Positions 16,214 through 28,091 of a stretch of 64,000 bases of DNA are shown here, in pieces. This stretch comes from Flaccisagitta enflata (lineage: Eukaryota), in assembly GCA_965153355.1 (NCBI GenBank), contig OZ231126.1, forward strand, positions 37,634,001 through 37,698,000, given 5' to 3'. The notes under the pieces are model-generated. The model was not told where the DNA came from and ran no database searches. It saw only the letters and a list, made by a program, of their open reading frames with translations. The translations under genes were made by a program, and so were the position numbers. How positions within the stretch are numbered: the first letter of the stretch is position 1; the number at the start of each line of letters is the position of its first letter.

Positions 16214-16972
16214 TTTAGTCACGCACGCGACTTATAGGTGTTGGCCTTGTTTTTTAGTTGCTGACTAAGCAACTCTATAAGAGGGTGTGTCCCTTGGTTG
16301 GTCCTTACGCGAAATTTTAGATGACACGAAATTGGCCGGATTTGTGTTTTTTAAGCAAAACAGCCCCTGCCCACCCAAAATACAGCCCCTGTCCACCGAA
16401 GGACTGCCCCTGCCTATCCGCAAACTGCGACTGCTCACCCATCAGCGACTGCTTATTGAGAGTTTGAATAACAGGGCATCCTGGATAGAAGGAGGGTAGA
16501 CAGGATGGTTGGATGGATGGATGGACAGATTCCCCCTGTGTTCTACATGACTTTGTTCCTTTTGGGGCCGCTGCCCTGCTCCCCCTCAACCTAAATCACA
16601 TACAACTCAAGCAGGGTACGGGTACCGCTGACCACTTAATGCCTTTGGGCTGTTATTCAGGCCTCAAGTGAGCCCTCACTAGTCTAAAATCAGCCTTTGA
16701 ACTCACACAATCTTTACTCATATGTACAATCTTGTGTCCTTAGGAGCTTTTCCAGACCTAAATGCCATTCTCTCAGACCCTAATTTAAGCATCTCAGGTC
16801 TTGAATCAGATCTCTCAGGCCTCAAATCAGTCACCTCAAGCATGAGAAATGCTGCATTCTACAGAAATTGTTTAAGGCTCTCCGACCAAACTGTCACTCA
16901 ATGCTTGTATGAGTGAGAGGAAGCAGGGCAGCAGCCCTGAAAAGGTAAAAGTCCTATAGCACACAGGGGGAC

Positions 16973-17171
16973 TTTTTAGTCGCGTGCTATGCGACTCTAC
17001 ACCCTGCTTTGTCAGTCCGTCCGTTGGTCTGTTGGTCTGTCCGTCACACTTTACTTTTTTTGGTTTTTTTTGCGGTCTTTGGCCTCACTGCTCCTGCCCT
17101 AGTGATTGATCTCAAATACGGCCCCTGCCCACCCGCACGCGACTGGGGTAGCCGGGTATCCGGCCTTGTTT
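16973..17171 (+). mobile_element. Family A HINE-like element
   Basis: TTTTTAGTCGCGTGCTATGCGACT ... CACGCGACTGGGGTAGCCGGGTATCCGGCCTTGTT. Confidence 0.8.
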
Positions 17172-17262
17172 CAAGCAGATACAGGCCTGTATATAGTTCC
17201 ACATTATTCCAAATTCCATATTAATCAAAGGGTTTGGAGAGAGGGAAGAGCAGGTCGCCCAG

Positions 17263-17649
17263 CAGAGCCCGACAAAATTCTCAGCTGCCTACAAGCTAGA
17301 TTTTCTTACCAGCTCTTGCCTACAAAATATTTTGATAAATTTGTCTGTACAGATATCCAAAACATATTGAAAAATAGTACAAAAGACAATTTTTTATAGT
17401 GACATGATGATAAGTTGTTTCAATTTATCATTGCATATATATAGTATGTATTTCTATATGATAAGGCAAATTAAATAGAAACATTTGTAGTCATTCCTTA
17501 GAATTTTGATATTTCATGACATAATTTTTTTTAAATTTTTCGGTTTTGATTTTCTTTTTGTTTTGATTTTTTTTCTAATCTCTTGCCTACAAAATCTGTT
17601 GGCTGCCTACAAGCAATGCTTGCGTGCTTGGGCACTTTGTCGTACCCTG
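17263..17649. mobile_element. hAT-type MITE, 8-bp TSD TCGCCCAG
   Basis: TCGCCCAG|CAGAGCCCGACAAA...TTTGTCGTACCCTG|TCGCCCAG; an uninterrupted homologous site is at about 19606 (CAGGTCGCCCAAGGGCAATATGTGG). Confidence 0.8.
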
Positions 17650-18275
17650 TCGCCCAGGGGCAATATGTGGTCAGCAATACCCATTGCCCTGCTTTGCATT
17701 ATTTTGAATTGACCTGAGAGGGCAGATTTCAGGCCTGAGAGGGTAGATTTATGGCCTGAGAGGACAGATTCAAGACCTGAGAGGGCAGATTTCAGGACTG
17801 AGAGGGCAGATTTCAGGTCTGGGAGGCCAGATTCAAGGCCTGAGAGGGCAGATTCAAGACCTGAGAGGGCAGATTTCAGGACTGAGAGGGCAGATTTCAG
17901 GCCTGAGTGGGCTGGTCCTATCCTAGCCCCGATGCCACAATCTTGGCCATGAGGCCCAAACCCTAGCCTCCAGGCCTAAATCTCACCACTGAGTTCTAAA
18001 TCCTGGCTTCTTAGCTTAGGCTCCAAGGCCAAAATGCCAGCCACAATGCCCAAAACCAAGACATGAGAACTAAATCTCAGCCTGAAGCTTTAATCTCAGC
18101 CCTATGGCCAGAATCTGAACCATGAGGTCCAAATTAACCCTTTAGACTGTAAAATGCTCCAGGATTCCCCTTGAAGCAAAGCATAGGTCAATGGTCTCTT
18201 GGGGGCTGCTGCCCCTTTCATCATCTGATACCCACATATGCCAGCCTGGGGACATTGGGTACCACTGACCATCTA

Positions 18276-18671
18276 CAGTACCTTCCGAGCAAGCCCAGCT
18301 AAAACTGGAGGATTAATTTTTGTTACTTTAATTTCATTTCCCAAACTTCATTTTTTGAAAATAATTTAGGACAATTGTCCTTAAAAACTTTAAATGGCCA
18401 TAAAATCTGAAAAAATTGTCTGACGGAGCTGTTCTTGTAGTCTAGGATAGGTAAAATTTTCTGCCAAATCCAATGGTCTGGGTTAAAACACTCAATATTG
18501 ATGTCTTCATGCACTTTGATTTCACGAGTTATTTTTTTTGACAGCCAAATATGTTCAAGGAATTAAGTATCTTTTAATTAAGTTTAATGCAAAAAATAAA
18601 GTTTGGGAAATGAAATTAAAGTAACAAAAATTAATCCTCCAGTTTTAACCGGGTTTGCTCGGAAGGTACTG
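18276..18671. mobile_element. Tc1/mariner-type MITE with about 70-bp TIRs and TA TSD
   Basis: TA|CAGTACCTTCCGAGCAA...TTGCTCGGAAGGTACTG|TA, inserted in the conserved tail of a family C element. Confidence 0.85.
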
Positions 18672-18764
18672 TACGCTTCTGCAACTTTTTCTGCTTTGTG
18701 AGACTCTAATTAACTAGTCATCCATGGATCCTACAAGGTCCTACAAGAGAATGTTTTCTGCTCA

Positions 18765-19389
18765 TTTTTGGGCAGCGGCCCTAAAGGGGGGAAGTCCTGT
18801 AGAACACTGGGGGAATCTGTCCATACGTCCGTCCGTCCGTCCATACGTCCGTCCCCCCCGCCCCATCCTCAGGGCTTCGTCTCCTTTGGGGCCTATTCTG
18901 ACCAATATTCTGCCAAATAGCCCAAATCCAAGCAATATGGCCCAAATCCAAGCATAATGGCCCAAATCCAAGCAAAATGGCCCAAATCTGGCCAGAAAAC
19001 TCCAATTCTGGCCCAAGGTACATTTTTTAGCCTCTTAGACCTACATTGTGGCCTCTGATACCCAGATTTTCACCAGATTTGGGCCATTTTGCTTGGATTT
19101 GGGCCATTATGCTTGGGTTTGGGCCATCTTGCTTAAATTTGGGCCATATTGCTTGGATTTGGGCTATTTGGCAGAATTTGGGTCAGAATAGGCCCTAAAG
19201 GAGACGAAGCCCTGAGGATGGGGTGGGGGGGACAAATGGACGGACGGACGGACGGACAGATTCCCCCTGTGTTCTACAGGACTTCGTCCCCTTCTGGGCC
19301 ACTGCTCTGCTTCCCCTCAACTTAAATCACACACTACTCAAGCAAGGCACGGGTACGGCTGACCACTTACTGCCTTTGGGCTGCTATTT
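18765..19389 (+). mobile_element. Family C HINE-like element with fold-back interior
   Basis: TTTTGGGCAGCGGCCC head, (GTCC)n, GGCCCAAATCCAAGCAA repeats inverted about the centre, tail GGGTACGGCTGACCACTTACTGCCTTTGGGCTGCTATT. Confidence 0.78.
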
Positions 19390-19605
19390 GCAATGCTTTA
19401 CAATCTCCCCGATAGATGAACAAACGGTTGGAGAGATTTACCTTTGGAAAAATCAACCGACTAGCCAAGAGACAAAACCCCTCGCAGATATTCGAGAAAG
19501 CACATAAAAACAGGGTGAGACCATGAAAATCAACAGACTAGCCAAGAGACAAAACCCCTCGCAGATATTTGAGAAAGCACATAAAAACAGGGTGAGACCA
19601 TGAAA

Positions 19606-20291
19606 CAGGTCGCCCAAGGGCAATATGTGGTCAGCAATACCCGTTGCCCTGCTTTGAGTGATAGTGAATTGGAGTGAGGGGATGAAGTCCTGTAGAACAC
19701 AGGGGGACTTTCGTTTGTCCTGCCTGAAGAAGTGGATGAGATGCTATAGAGGGCTTACTGAAGGCCTTCAAGAGCCTAAACTGAGGTCTAAGACGGCTGA
19801 TGTAAGGCCTCAGAATGCCAATCGGAAGCTTGAGAGGGCTGATTTGATGCTTGAGAGAGCTGGATTAAGGCCTAAAAGGTCAGACGACTGATTAGAAGCC
19901 TGAGAGCAATAAATTGAGGCTTAGATAGCTGATTTAAGGCCTGAGAGGCCTGATTTGAGGCCTGAGAGGCCCAAGAGGCCTGAGAGGCCTAATTTGAGGC
20001 CTGAGAGGCCGGGTTTGAGGCCTGAAAGTTTGGATTTGAGGCCGGAGAAGCCTAATTTGAGGCCTGAGAGGCCAGGTTTGAGGCCCGAGAGGTTGGATTT
20101 GAGGCCTGAGAGGCTGGATTTGAGGCCTAAGAGGCTGGATTTGAGGCCTGAGAGGCCAGATTTGAGGTCTCAGAGGCCAGATTTGGGGCCTGAGGGGCCT
20201 GGTGAGGGAGGGGACGAACAACCGGACGAACGAATGAAAGTCCCCCTGTGTTCTACAGGACTTCGTCCCCTTCGGTGCCGCTGCCCAAAAA
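19606..20291 (-). mobile_element. Family C HINE-like element with 21-bp GAGGCCTGAGAGGC..GATTT array
   Basis: GCCGCTGCCCAAAA end at 20291; interrupts the right TIR of the CACTG element. Confidence 0.7.
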
Positions 20292-20888
20292 GTGATGGTG
20301 GGAAAATCCTCCGAAATCCCATTGACAATGCTTATGTTTGACAGCTTATGAAGAGGTGGTTTTTCAAGGGATTGACATAAAATTGGTGACGGTTTGAAAG
20401 ATCTTGAAAAGATCTTTCAAATGGGACCAATCTGGCATTTCTAGCTTTATTCGTTCAAAAGTTATGAGCAAAACAAGTGAAATCAAGAGATTAGAAGAAA
20501 AATTCAATAATCTGGAAAATCGTCCAAAATCTCCATAACATTGCTCATGTTTGACAGCTTATAACTCGGTTGTTTTTCAATGGATTTCAAAAAAATTGGT
20601 GATGGTTGGAAAGATCTTGAAAAGATCTTTTAAATGGGACCAATCTGGCATTTATAACTTTAAGCGTTTAAAAGTTATAAGCAAAACAAGGGACATTGTC
20701 CAAAAGAGGGAAAGTTTTATGGCCTGTACCAACCACCCAGAAAAAAATGGAATTTAAAAAAAAGGCGCTCTTGGAATTATTTTGAAACCTTTTGACATGG
20801 ATTATACATAGGCTGGACCACCAGAAACCATGAAAAAAGTGGCAGTAATCCTAGTTTAAAGTTAGCGGTGGAGATCCAGAGCAGTGCG

Positions 20889-21208
20889 CTAAATGGTTAC
20901 CCACAAATGCTCCGTGGGATCACATTACGGAATTTCAACAGGACAAAGAGCTTGTCGATGCCATTCAAACCGTCAACAATCCTGCGGAGAGAAAGTGTTC
21001 ATTTTCAAAACGTTTTAAGGTGCTATGATTTAAATCCCAATTAACTCTTTAGGCAGCGATTTTGAAAATCTTCCCATGTGAACAAATTGATTCATAATTT
21101 CAGGATTCCGGTCCTCAACAACCCGAAGCACAGGCAAAGTTTTTTGCAAACATCTTTGATGCAAAGACCAGATGTAAAATGCAAGCTAAGAGGCCAAAAG
21201 TGGAGTAG
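20889..21208 (+). pseudogene. Transposase-like C-terminal remnant (right-arm copy; upstream part at 15186-15280)
   Basis: AKWLPTNAPWDHITEFQQDKELVDAIQTVNNPAERKCSFSKRFK, intron 21020-21103, DSGPQQPEAQAKFF...KRPKVE* (TAG 21206-21208). Confidence 0.6.
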
Positions 21209-21264
21209 CTGAAAGACAATATGGATGAGGATCGTGTTTCATTTTGTATTTTAAGTATTGATCG

Positions 21265-21571
21265 CAGGGGTGTATATAGTTGCACGACCTTTGATTTCTT
21301 TCCCCCCCCCCTGGTCCTTTGATTTTCTTCCACGCGGGGTCGAAATACATTTATTTTTCTTCCCCATATACCCCCTTTATAGTAATATTTTGGTTTAAAT
21401 AGTATTAAATAGTGTTGTGGTGACTTAGTATTACATTTTAGTACTGCCATAAGTGTAATATCTTGTTTTTGGTTTTTCTACTCTTTGATTTTCTTCCCCA
21501 TTTCCAAATCCTTTGATTTTATTCCCCCCTTGCCGGGGGGGGGGGGGAATATGCAACTATATACAGGCCTG
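21265..21571. mobile_element. hAT-type MITE, 8-bp TSD ATTGATCG
   Basis: ATTGATCG|CAGGGGTGTATATAGTTGCA...TGCAACTATATACAGGCCTG|ATTGATCG; empty site in the left arm at 14488-14495. Confidence 0.9.
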
Positions 21572-21861
21572 ATTGATCGTTTTAAGCTGGTTAAGAGCAC
21601 CTTTCAATTTCTGTTAAAACCTGAATTTTCTTGAATTGCAATGGTAAGTGATGTATTTCTTTAAAAGTCAAAAGATGGTGACTCAATCTTGTCTTTGATT
21701 ACTCATGGATCCGTTATAACAGTATTTGTGATTTCTAAACATAACAGCCCCTGCCCACCCAAAAATTTAGCCCCTGCCCAATTATTTACTGCCCCTGCCC
21801 CTTAGTATACTGCCCCTGCCCACCCACCAGCGACTGCATATTGGCCGTGTATCCGGCCTTG

Positions 21862-23830
21862 TTTGAATGAGACTGGCAAAAAATATTTTCTCCCAACTGT
21901 GTAAAAGATGTGAGCTTTCAAAGTTGAATGGTTAAAACCCCAAAATCACCAACAACCACCTCAACTGTAATTTGGCATTTTTCAACCAAAACTCCAATTC
22001 ACCTCTGTTTTTTTGGCTATTATCATTAAGTTGCAACTCATTTGACAAAAAAAATTGATATTTTGATTTTTATCTCAATTTCCTTAAAAAAAAATAGCTC
22101 AACGAAATGAGATTGTTCAAACACCTGAAAAACACAATTTTCACTATACTCTGAGAGATTACTGTAGTGCCATTTCTGACGGAAACTGGTTTGAAATTCG
22201 TGAGATTCTTAAAGATTTTTCATGCTTTTTTGGATGAGACCGGCCAAAAATATTTTCTCCCAACTGTGTAAAAGATATAAGATTTCAAATTTGAATGGTT
22301 AAAACCCCAAAATCACCAACAACCACCACAACTGTAATTTGGCATTTTTCCACCAAAATTTCAATTCACTTCTGGTTTTTTGGCTATTATCATTGAGTTG
22401 CAACAAAATTTTATCAAAAAATTTGATATTTCGATTTTTATCTCCATTTCCTTGGAAGAAATAGCTCAACAAAATGAAATTGTTCAAACACCTGAATTAG
22501 ACAATTTTCACTGTACTTTGAGAGATCACTGTAGCGCCATTTCTGAAGGAAACTGGACAAAATTTATGAGATTCTGAAAGATTTTTTTATGCTTTTTTGA
22601 ATGAGACCGGTCATAAATATTTTCTCCCAACAGTGTAAAAGATATAAGCTTTCAAAGTTGAATGGTTATAACCCCAAAATCACCAACAACCACCACAACT
22701 GTAATTTGGCATTTTTCAACCAAAACTCCAATTCACCTCTGTTTTTTTGGCTATTATCATAAAGTTGCAACTCATTTGACAAAAAAAATTGATATTTTGA
22801 TTTTTATCTCAATTTCCTTAAAAAAAATAGCTCAACGAAATGAGATTGTTCAAACACCTGAAAAACACAATTTTCACTATACTCTGAGAGATTACTGAAG
22901 TGCCATTTCTGACGGAAACTGGTTTGAAATTCATGAGATTCTTAAAGATTTTTCATGCTTTTTTGGATGAGACCGGCCAAAAATATTTTCTCCCAACTGT
23001 GTAAAAGATGTAAGATTTCAAATTTGAATGGTTAAAACCCCAAAATCACCAACAACCACCACAACTGTAATTTGGCATTTTTCCACCAAAATTTCAATTC
23101 ACTTCTGGTTTTTTGGCTATTATCATTGAGTTGCAACAAAATTTTATCAAAAAATTTGATATCTCGATTTTTATCTCCATTTCCTTGGAAGAAATAGCTC
23201 AACAAAATGAAATTGTTCAAACACCTGAATTAGACAATTTTCACTGTACTTTGAGAGATCACTGTAGCGCCATTTCTGAAGGAAACTGGACAAAATTTAT
23301 GAGATTCTGAAAGATTTTTTTATGCTTTTTTGAATGAGACCGGTCACAAATATTTTCTCCCAACAGTGTAAAAGATATAAGCTTTCAAAGTTGAATGGTT
23401 ATAACCCCAAAATCACCAACAACCACCACAACTGTAATTTGGCATTTTTCCACCAAAATTCCAATTCACTTCTGGTTTTTTGGCTATTATCATTGAGTTG
23501 CAACATAATTCGATCAAAAGATTTGATTTTTCGGTTTTTTTCTCTATTGCCTTGGAAGAAATAGCTCAACGAAATGAGATTGTTCAAACACCTGAAATAC
23601 ACCATTTTCACTGTACTTTGAGAGATCACTGTAGCGCCATTTCTGAATGAAACTGGACAAAATTTTATGTGATTCTGAAAGATTTTTTTATATTTTTTTG
23701 AATGAGACCGGCCAAAAATATTTTCTCCCAACAGTATAAAAGATATGAGCTTTCAAAGTTGAATGGTTAAAACCCCAAAATCACCAACATCACCACAACT
23801 ATAATTTGGCATTTTTCAACTAAAATTCCG
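21862..23830. repeat. About 367-bp tandem satellite with 733-bp higher-order dimer inside the foldback arm
   Basis: Unit starts recur near 21862, 22230, 22597, 22963, 23330, 23698; near-identical ORFs at 22299/23032 and 22380/23113 are 733 bp apart; inverted copies at about 11700-11960 and 13345-14204. Confidence 0.9.
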
Positions 23831-24863
23831 ATTTAGATTTGGTTTTTTGGCTAAAATCATCAAGTTACAACATAATTTGACCAAAAAGATTGATATTTTG
23901 AATTTTCGTCATTTTTTACGACCACCTCCATCAGGACCTGAATTTTGGCCAATTTGACCCCCTTGCTCCCACCCCATGGGGCACCCCCCTCACTCACTCA
24001 CCCCACTACCCTCTTATATGTTTTTGCTCCCCAATGAGTCCAAAAAATGTGCTTATTCATCAAAAACAGGCTAGCAACAAAAAATTTGAAGTTGACAGGT
24101 CACCACCAGCTTTGACTCATTTTGGGGCCATTTTTTCAAGCTTTTAAGTGGTGGACTACTCACAGGACCACTTTGGGAAGCCCCCCAAGGGTATTTTTGT
24201 GTTCTACCACACCCACCCCGTGCCCAAAACCGCGGCACAGACGATCTGAAGCCTAGAGGCCATTTTGATACACCTGACTGTGATGAGATAGATTAGCATT
24301 CTTCTTTTGGTACACTGGGTAGAGGTTTCTAGGCTTCAAATCTGGCAAACTATATGAAATTTGGGATTCTGGTACATTTTGACATGCTCTTTCCATCCAG
24401 AGGGGGTACCAGGCTCAAAAATGAAAAATTTGTTGCAAATTGCTGCATTACCGGTAACAATGTGTTGCAAATTAGAGTATTGCAAAAAATAATGATGTTT
24501 TTCAAAAAAAAATGTTTGATAAGGTAAGTATATAATATATTCTACTGTTAAAAAAAGAATCATGACCCTCCAACAAGTTTTAGTGCTGCAGCATGTTGCT
24601 ACAAGATACTAAAAATAAAAAAAATCGCCTTTTTTTTGTTTTATTGTTTAACAAAGGACAAAAAAAAAGTCAATATGATATTTAGGTAAGTTATGATAAA
24701 TTATACTGAAAAAAAATAAATACAGTTATTTCAGATGTTTGGGTGATGCTGCAGCAAGTTGCTGTATTGTGAAAATATGCAAAAATTTGATTGTTGCATG
24801 AAATATAAAGATAAAAAAAAATGTGTTGTGATTTTTCAGACTGTTATTTTATGATACACAAAG

Positions 24864-24949
<86 letters not shown>

Positions 24950-27096
24950 CAGACAGTATTCACAAGTAAAGTAAAAAAAAGACAGATATAAAGATAGGAA
25001 GTGGAAAAGAAAAGAAAAGCCAAAAAGAAAAGAAAAACCAAAAAGAAAAAGTGAGGAAAGCAAGAGAGAAACACATACTCTACTCAATTATGGAGGACTG
25101 CATTGAAATACCAAGGAACATGACATGACATAACATAACATGACATGACTTATTTACCAAGGGTCTCTTTTCCTTTAAGAATGGTAATAAAGAAATATTC
25201 AAAGTGTCATTCATTTTTCTGCTTAAGATTACATCTATTTAGTTTATCTGTTAAGTATTACCCTTCATGCAATGTTCATCACGTGAATGTCAAAATAAAG
25301 AAACTGGTGAAAACCGTTTTCAAGCATGCCGTGTATGTGTAGAAAGTAAGGAGCTGACCTTTCCCTTCCACTATTGCAGCAAAGTGAGGACAAATTCTAA
25401 AAATACTGTGTAACTTCTTTTTATCTCACACTGTATGTGTCTCTCAAAACCTATTAAAAAGTAACACTCATCTTTTCAGAGTATGACTGGTATAAGCGTC
25501 ATCGAGAATTTCATGTGGAATTCAAAAAGGCTCATCCTAAAAAGACTCAAAATTTTAAAAAAAGCACCAATAGATTTAAATGAAGTAAAAACAATGAATT
25601 CTTAGGTAGCTTGAATAATGTCAAACCAGTTATGCCTCGTGAAATAGATGATTGTGCACTAGAAGTTGCCACTATCAAACCTTTTGCACAAGAAAACAAG
25701 AATCAAAATAACGGTGAAACTAGTACTAGATATTCAAATATTGCTAGCGTTGTGAATGATGAAGATGAAATTTATGTTTCTGATGAAGAATTCAGTCTTG
25801 AAGAAGCATTACAACGGATGACTGGAGTTGAATGAAAATTTTCCATTTTTACTTACAAGTTTTTGTGGAATTCACCATCATTGTAATTTTTGTATATCAT
25901 CAATTTATCATTGGGAGTGGTTGTTTCATTGTTCTAAAAATGTCTAAGAAACAAGTCCAAGAAACTAAGTGTGTGTTTATTCATGTACTGATTATACCAT
26001 TCATTATCTTCTATTGTGTAAGAAAAAAAGAAACCCTAAGCATAAAATCCGACTGCTATATAATAACATATTGTACTTCTGTTTCACTGCCATTTATATG
26101 AAACTGTGCTAGTGTCACTAAAATAAAAGTGTAATATTTATATATCATCAATTTATCATTGTGAGTTGTTGCTTCATTGTTCTAAAAATGTCTAAGAAAC
26201 AAGTCCAAGAAACAAAGTGTGTGTTTATTCATGTACTGATTATTGGGAAAAAAGTCAAAGTCAGTCTTCGACTTTTTGACATATTCGAGAGAAACAGGGT
26301 TTTCATTTTCTTATGCGAAAGTTGGGAATCTCCACCGAGCGAATGGGCTCTTCAATGAAATTGATAGGGTAAGTAAATTTAATAATTTTCTTTCATTTGG
26401 CGCCAAGCAGAATGCTCTACGACAAATATTTTTCGCGCTTTGATTTTTTAAAGATTTATTTATAAAAATTGCGAATTGAATTTTTTTCGATTTTTTATGA
26501 TTTTGAGTAGGATCAAAAAAAGAGTGTATTTATGTTTGCTTGAGCATGCAAATACAAGAAAACATGTTTATGAGCATAGCTGCTTATCTGTGAGGGTGTT
26601 TTGGAGGTTCTAGCTCATTTAGCTCATTTAGTTCAGTTTTTTTTTTTTTAAATGTGATAAATGAATAGATATTTTGATACATGTTTAAGAAAGCAGATAC
26701 AAAAAGCATATCAGTGAGCATAACTGCTCATCTGTGAGGGTGTTTTTAAGCATTTTAGCTCACTTAGCTCATTTAGCTCAGTTTTTTTATATTTTTAATG
26801 GGATAAATAAATGTTTTGATTGGAGCATGTAAATACAAAAAAGCATGTCAGTGAGCATAGCTGATTGTCTGGTTGAGTGATTTTGAGCATTTTAGCTCAT
26901 TTGGCTCAGTCCTATTTTTCTCTGATTTTCAGTGCAATCAATACATACAATTGCTCTTGATTTGATCTAAAAGAACAAAAAATTTGCAGTGACTAAAGAC
27001 AAAAGCGTGGTGAAAAGTGACCAAAGCTTACGACTTTTTTCCTCACGGCGACAGCCGCCATTACTGGTACCATTCATTATCTTCTATTGTGTAAGA

Positions 27097-27240
27097 AACA
27101 GGGCCACGTAGGCCAATAAGGTGCGACATGTGGATCGTCGAACGAATGCATTACCAACCAACCAACCGACCGACCAACTGACCGACCGACCAACCGATGG
27201 ACACAGCTAGTTATAGAGGTGCTTTGTCGCACCTAAAAAA
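27097..27240 (-). mobile_element. HINE-like element (TAGGTGCG subfamily)
   Basis: Reverse strand reads TTTTTAGGTGCGACAAAGCACCTCTATAACTAG..(GGTC/GGTT)n; a + strand relative is at 44540-44654. It interrupts a duplicated host segment. Confidence 0.7.
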
Positions 27241-27332
27241 GAAACTCTAAGCATAAAATCCAACTGCTATGTAATAACATATTGCACTTCTGTTTCACTG
27301 CCATCTATATGGAACTGTACTATTGTCACTAA

Positions 27333-28091
27333 CCTGTTTTCAAAAGCAACTGTAACCAGTAAAACCTTTGTGTTTCAATTATCTATATTAATAAATCTAG
27401 ATTGGTTTTGTCTAAAAGCACATAACCTACCATTTATTCATGCAAAATTTTGTAGCAGTGGCTCCAACAGATTGGCTTCCACTTAATTTTGAAATTTGAT
27501 GAAATTTGATGAAATTTTGCTAAAAAATTGCATTTTTAACCAAGTTTGCATCAATAAAGTTGAGTAAATTTTATCAACATTGAGCTGGAATGACCCATTG
27601 GTAATAATTTGGTAGAAATAAACCCCTGTATCATATCAATTTGGATTTCTCGTGATTTTCAAAGAAAATTAAGCTTTTTTGACAAGTGATGGGATAAAAA
27701 ACCTTGTCAGACCTCAAAACATCAGAGGGAAAAATTGGAATTGCTACATGAATATCAAAACTTTGATTTATTTCTCGAGAGAAACATATACCTAGAATCA
27801 TATTTATGTTTTGAGACCAATCTGGCTATCTTTATTTGATTCATAAGACAATAACACTGTTTTAAGGTTATGAAAGTCTATCTATCAAGTTTATGAGGAA
27901 CCTGTCAAGGGGCTCACCACATTTTCACTCGAAACCATGTGGAAGTTAAACTGCTCGAGCCACTACATTGAAATTTCACATGAACAAATGGTAGGTTATA
28001 TGCTTTAAGACAAGACCAACTTGGATGTCTAAATGTAAATACTTTAGACACAATAAAGGTTTTGCTGGTTACAGTCGCTTTTGAAAGCGGG
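27333..28091. mobile_element. piggyBac-like MITE (CC..GGG termini, CTAA/GTAA flanks)
   Basis: CCTGTTTTCAAAAGCAACTGTAACCAG versus CTGGTTACAGTCGCTTTTGAAAGCGGG; the empty site GTCACTAAAATAAAAGTGTAA is visible in the upstream duplicate near 26114. Confidence 0.7.

Larger units (their letters stand above)
15281..20886. mobile_element. 5.6-kb CACTG...CAGTG element with long TIRs and 2-bp CG TSD (CACTA/CMC-like, non-autonomous)
   Basis: CG|CACTGCTCTGGATCTCC...GGAGATCCAGAGCAGTG|CG. TIR 15281 to about 15990 versus about 19395-20886 (right TIR split by a HINE). Removing it restores the reading frame ..TGT CTG AAT TAC GCT AAA TGG.. seen intact in the left arm. Confidence 0.88.
11282..24277. mobile_element. 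13-kb palindromic (foldback-type) DNA transposon with 9-bp TSD
   Basis: Termini TGAGGTGTATCAAAATGGCC / GGCCATTTTGATACACCTGA; identical CTGTGATGA at 11273-11281 and 24278-24286. Arms match in inverted orientation inward to a spacer at 14959-15185 once nested insertions are removed. Confidence 0.9.

Noticed and set aside
19934-20341. RPE/LRPQI heptad-repeat proteins (also at 1485-2528 and 59701-60024)
   Set aside because: Translations of the 21-bp central repeats of HINE-like elements.
22299-23731. Repeated short ORFs suggesting a tandem gene family
   Set aside because: By-products of the 367-bp satellite on both strands; no splice or coding signal.
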